A program made the translations under genes and the position numbers. From the IMG/VR virus record IMGVR_UViG_3300017650_000231, positions 1-35,690 of that record: DNA of 35,690 nt, one strand, 5' to 3'. The notes beneath the pieces were generated by a model, which was given only the letters and a program-made list of their open reading frames with translations, had not been told where the DNA came from and ran no database searches. Below, piece after piece: positions 32,945 through 35,690 of this stretch (position 1 is the first letter of the stretch; every line of letters starts with the position of its first letter). The stretch comes from a virus. Taxonomy: Duplodnaviria > Caudoviricetes.

Positions 32945-34489
32945 ATGGCCATCCTGCCCTCCATCAACCGGTTCGCCCGCAACGTCAAACGGATATTCGG
33001 CGTCGAGGCGGCCGGCGCGGACACCGATCCGCACTTTTTCAGCCGGCTGCAGACGCTGCCGAACCCGGACCCGGTCCTGCGAGCGATGGGACTGGCCGAT
33101 ACCGTCTATGCGTCGATCATGGCGGATCCCCACGTGGCCGGCGAGATCCGGTCCATCCGTGGGGAAATGCTAGGCATGGACTATCGCATCGTGACCTGGG
33201 ACGAGGACAACCCCAAGGCCCAGGCGGCGCGCGATCTGTGCGAGCAGTGGATGCAGCGAGAGCAGCCCAACGCAGCAGCGGACTGGCTGGAGACCATGTG
33301 GCAAATGATGGCGGCCGTTCTGACCGGCTATCGCGTCCATGAGGTGGTCTGGGACATTTGGGACGGTTCCATCATGCCCGCCGAGATCCTGGATAGGCCC
33401 AACCGTCGATTCCTGTTCACACCAGAAGGCCGGCTGCAGCTCCTGACCCGTAAGAACCCGCTGGGCCAGGTCGTAGATGAGCCTCATAGGTTCCTGGTTT
33501 CGCGCAATGCCGCGTCGATCCAGAATCCCTATGGGACCGCGCTGTTGTCGTCGTGCTACTGGCCCTGGGTCTTCAAGACCGGAGGGTGGAAGTACTTCGT
33601 CAAATACTGCGAGCGGCATGGGCTACCGTGGCCCGTGGCCCGCTACGGTGTCGGTGCGAGTGACAAAGATCAAGCCGACCTAGCCAGGGCGATCGAGGCG
33701 ATGACCGAAAGCGGATATGCCATCGTGCCGGACGGCACCGGCGTCGAACTGCTAGTGCCCACGAGCAGCGGTTCTATGCTGCCGCAGGAAGCGCTCATCA
33801 ACCTGTGCAACCGGGAAATGTCGAAAGCGCTGACCGGCCAGGCCATGATCGCCGAGTTGACCAACGTTGGCGCCCGAGCCGCATCCGAGACTGCGTTGAC
33901 GAGACAAAGCAGCATCAATGATGCGGACCGGGGCATCGCCGCATCGTCGATGTCGCGGCTGTTCCGGCACATCACGACCTTTAACTTCGGCGAGGACGTG
34001 CCATCGCCCGAACTGGAGTTCTTCAAGCAAAAGGCGGCTGGCAAGGAACGCGCGGAAACGTATCGGCTAGCGGCCGATGCGGGCGCCAGACCGTCCAAGG
34101 CGGCCATGCTGGAAGAGCTGAATATTCCGCAGGCCAAGGACGACGATGATGCGCTGTTGCCGACGACCAGGTCGACGACCAGCGAGTTTGCCGCGCCCCG
34201 GGCTGCAGGTGTCACGCTGACCCAGGCCGAACGCGACGAGGAAGCACGGATCGCGGAAGCCACGCGGACCGCCGACGCTGCCATCGAGGCCAAAATCCTG
34301 CAGCCCATCGCGGACATGCTGGCCCAGTACGAGGCCGAGGGAAGGACTCTTGCCGAGTTCCAGGCGGGGCTGGCCGCGCTGCTGGACGGCATGGACGACA
34401 CGGAACGCCGGCAATTTGCGGACCAGGCGCTGACCTGGTCGTACCTGCAGGGCTACGTCGACAGCGAGGCCGACCATGGCAGCGCCTGA
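32945..34489 (+). CDS. Portal protein (Mu gp29-like, DUF935)
   Basis: LPNPDPVL, NPYG..LLS..YWP..FK..G..Y...YCER.G.P, CN.EMSKAL.GQ motifs. Confidence 0.93.
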   Translation: MAILPSINRFARNVKRIFGVEAAGADTDPHFFSRLQTLPNPDPVLRAMGLADTVYASIMADPHVAGEIRSIRGEMLGMDYRIVTWDEDNPKAQAARDLCEQWMQREQPNAAADWLETMWQMMAAVLTGYRVHEVVWDIWDGSIMPAEILDRPNRRFLFTPEGRLQLLTRKNPLGQVVDEPHRFLVSRNAASIQNPYGTALLSSCYWPWVFKTGGWKYFVKYCERHGLPWPVARYGVGASDKDQADLARAIEAMTESGYAIVPDGTGVELLVPTSSGSMLPQEALINLCNREMSKALTGQAMIAELTNVGARAASETALTRQSSINDADRGIAASSMSRLFRHITTFNFGEDVPSPELEFFKQKAAGKERAETYRLAADAGARPSKAAMLEELNIPQAKDDDDALLPTTRSTTSEFAAPRAAGVTLTQAERDEEARIAEATRTADAAIEAKILQPIADMLAQYEAEGRTLAEFQAGLAALLDGMDDTERRQFADQALTWSYLQGYVDSEADHGSA

Positions 34490-35690
34490 GGTCGCCGCCT
34501 TCGGCGTCAAGGCCAACCGGGCTATCGCCAACCTCCGGCAGAAGATCCCGGCCACGACCCAGCGCGCGAATGAGTGGCAGGGGCCGATCCACGGCCGCCA
34601 GTTCACGGTCGCCGGGGCACCCGCCGACGTGGTCGCCGATATCCATGCGGCCGTCGTCAAGGCCATCGACGAGGGGCGGACACTGTCTCAGTTCCGCAAG
34701 GAGTTCGACCAGATCGTCAAGCGGTCGGGCTGGACGTACAACGGCACGCGCGGCTGGCGCACAGCGCTGATCTACCGCACGAATATGCATTCGGCGTACA
34801 TGGCCGGCCGCTGGCAGCAGATCCTGGACGGCGCGGACCGGCGGCCGTACCTGGAGTACCGGTCGATGCGGGACGCCAAGGTCCGCCCACAGCACCGGGC
34901 CTGGGATGGCACGATCCTGCCCATCTCGTCCCCGTGGTGGCGCACGCACTATCCGCCGAACGGCTGGAATTGCCGGTGCACGGTCCGCTCGTACTCGGAA
35001 CGCGAGCTGCGCGCCGCGCGCAAATCGGTGTCGCCGCAGCCCGAGGTGCAACGCCGGCCGATCATCGACGAGTACGACGAGATCGCGGACTGGGTGCCGG
35101 ACGGGATCGACAGGGGATGGGACCACAACGTCGGCCAGGCATGGCTGGAGCCGGATCTTGCCCTAGGCAAGCGCCTGGCCAGCCTGCCGGCGGACATCCA
35201 ACAGGCGGCCGTGCGCACGTCGGTGCCGCCGGAGTATCGGCAGATCCTGGCGGATCGGTGGCGCGAAGCGCTGGCCGCTGGGGAAGCCGTCGCCGACCGG
35301 GTCCCGCGTATCGTGACGTTCATGGACGGGCCACTGATCGACGCCTTCAAGCGGCAATACCCAACCGCGCAATTCGGATCCGTCACCATCGCGGCCACGG
35401 CGCGTAGCAATCTGACCGCGTGGCCGCGCCGCTGGCTGGAGCAACTGCCCGAACTGCTAAAAGACTACAAGGCGGTCCTGGTGGATGGCGCGGATCCGGC
35501 GCTACTCGACCCGGTGCTGGTGCTGCTGACGGACCTGGTGGATGGCCAGCGGCGGGGCGTCATACGGATGCAGCTCAACCAGGCGGTCGACGGTCTGTAT
35601 CGGGCGCCGGTGGTGAAGCTCGAAATGCTGGACGCGAACGAATTAGAGGGCGGGCGGTTCAATGCTGTCAGTCCGCGAGGGGGGCGTTAG
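34476..35690 (+). CDS. MuF (gp30-like) minor head protein with C-terminal extension
   Basis: FTVAG, IYRTN..SAY.AGRW, RP.H.AW.G, YPPNGWNCRC.V, GID.GWD.NVG motifs, then about 180 extra residues. Confidence 0.92.
   Translation: MAAPEVAAFGVKANRAIANLRQKIPATTQRANEWQGPIHGRQFTVAGAPADVVADIHAAVVKAIDEGRTLSQFRKEFDQIVKRSGWTYNGTRGWRTALIYRTNMHSAYMAGRWQQILDGADRRPYLEYRSMRDAKVRPQHRAWDGTILPISSPWWRTHYPPNGWNCRCTVRSYSERELRAARKSVSPQPEVQRRPIIDEYDEIADWVPDGIDRGWDHNVGQAWLEPDLALGKRLASLPADIQQAAVRTSVPPEYRQILADRWREALAAGEAVADRVPRIVTFMDGPLIDAFKRQYPTAQFGSVTIAATARSNLTAWPRRWLEQLPELLKDYKAVLVDGADPALLDPVLVLLTDLVDGQRRGVIRMQLNQAVDGLYRAPVVKLEMLDANELEGGRFNAVSPRGGR

Larger units (their letters stand above)
1..35690. mobile_element. 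Mu-like transposable prophage with contractile tail (ends not included in window)
   Basis: DDE transposase plus MuB-like ATPase, Gam, GemA, Mor, and Mu-type protease I, sheath, tube, gpN, gp44-48, gp27-30 homologues. Confidence 0.96.

Noticed and set aside
1-35690. Transposon ends, tRNA/rRNA genes, gin/mom
   Set aside because: Both window edges are stop codons of genes, and none of these features was recognisable inside.

Overview
The window is a near-complete Mu-like transposable myovirus (prophage) of a GC-rich host, probably a betaproteobacterium. It is cut at gene boundaries, so the attL/attR ends are not visible. The layout differs from Mu. Tail, baseplate and capsid genes (1-18143) and the early transposition operon (18379-25650) run leftward. 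The repressor operon, lysis, terminase, portal and MuF genes (25736-35690) run rightward. The most notable observations are: (1) the repressor C-terminus and the N-terminus of the next protein share a RHIM/amyloid-like motif (A-x-G-x-G-x-[IV]QVGG-x-[VL]-x-IS), and a coupled 2-TM gene follows; (2) a 96-bp duplication of the lysis promoter/leader brackets a 620-bp accessory cassette; (3) a perfect 24-bp palindrome lies inside a DUF3102-like early gene; (4) there is an unannotated, probable -2 tail-chaperone frameshift ORF; (5) a late-promoter motif occurs in four copies; (6) an AT-tract hairpin at the window centre is a candidate strong gyrase site. All family assignments come from motif recognition and synteny, not database searches.
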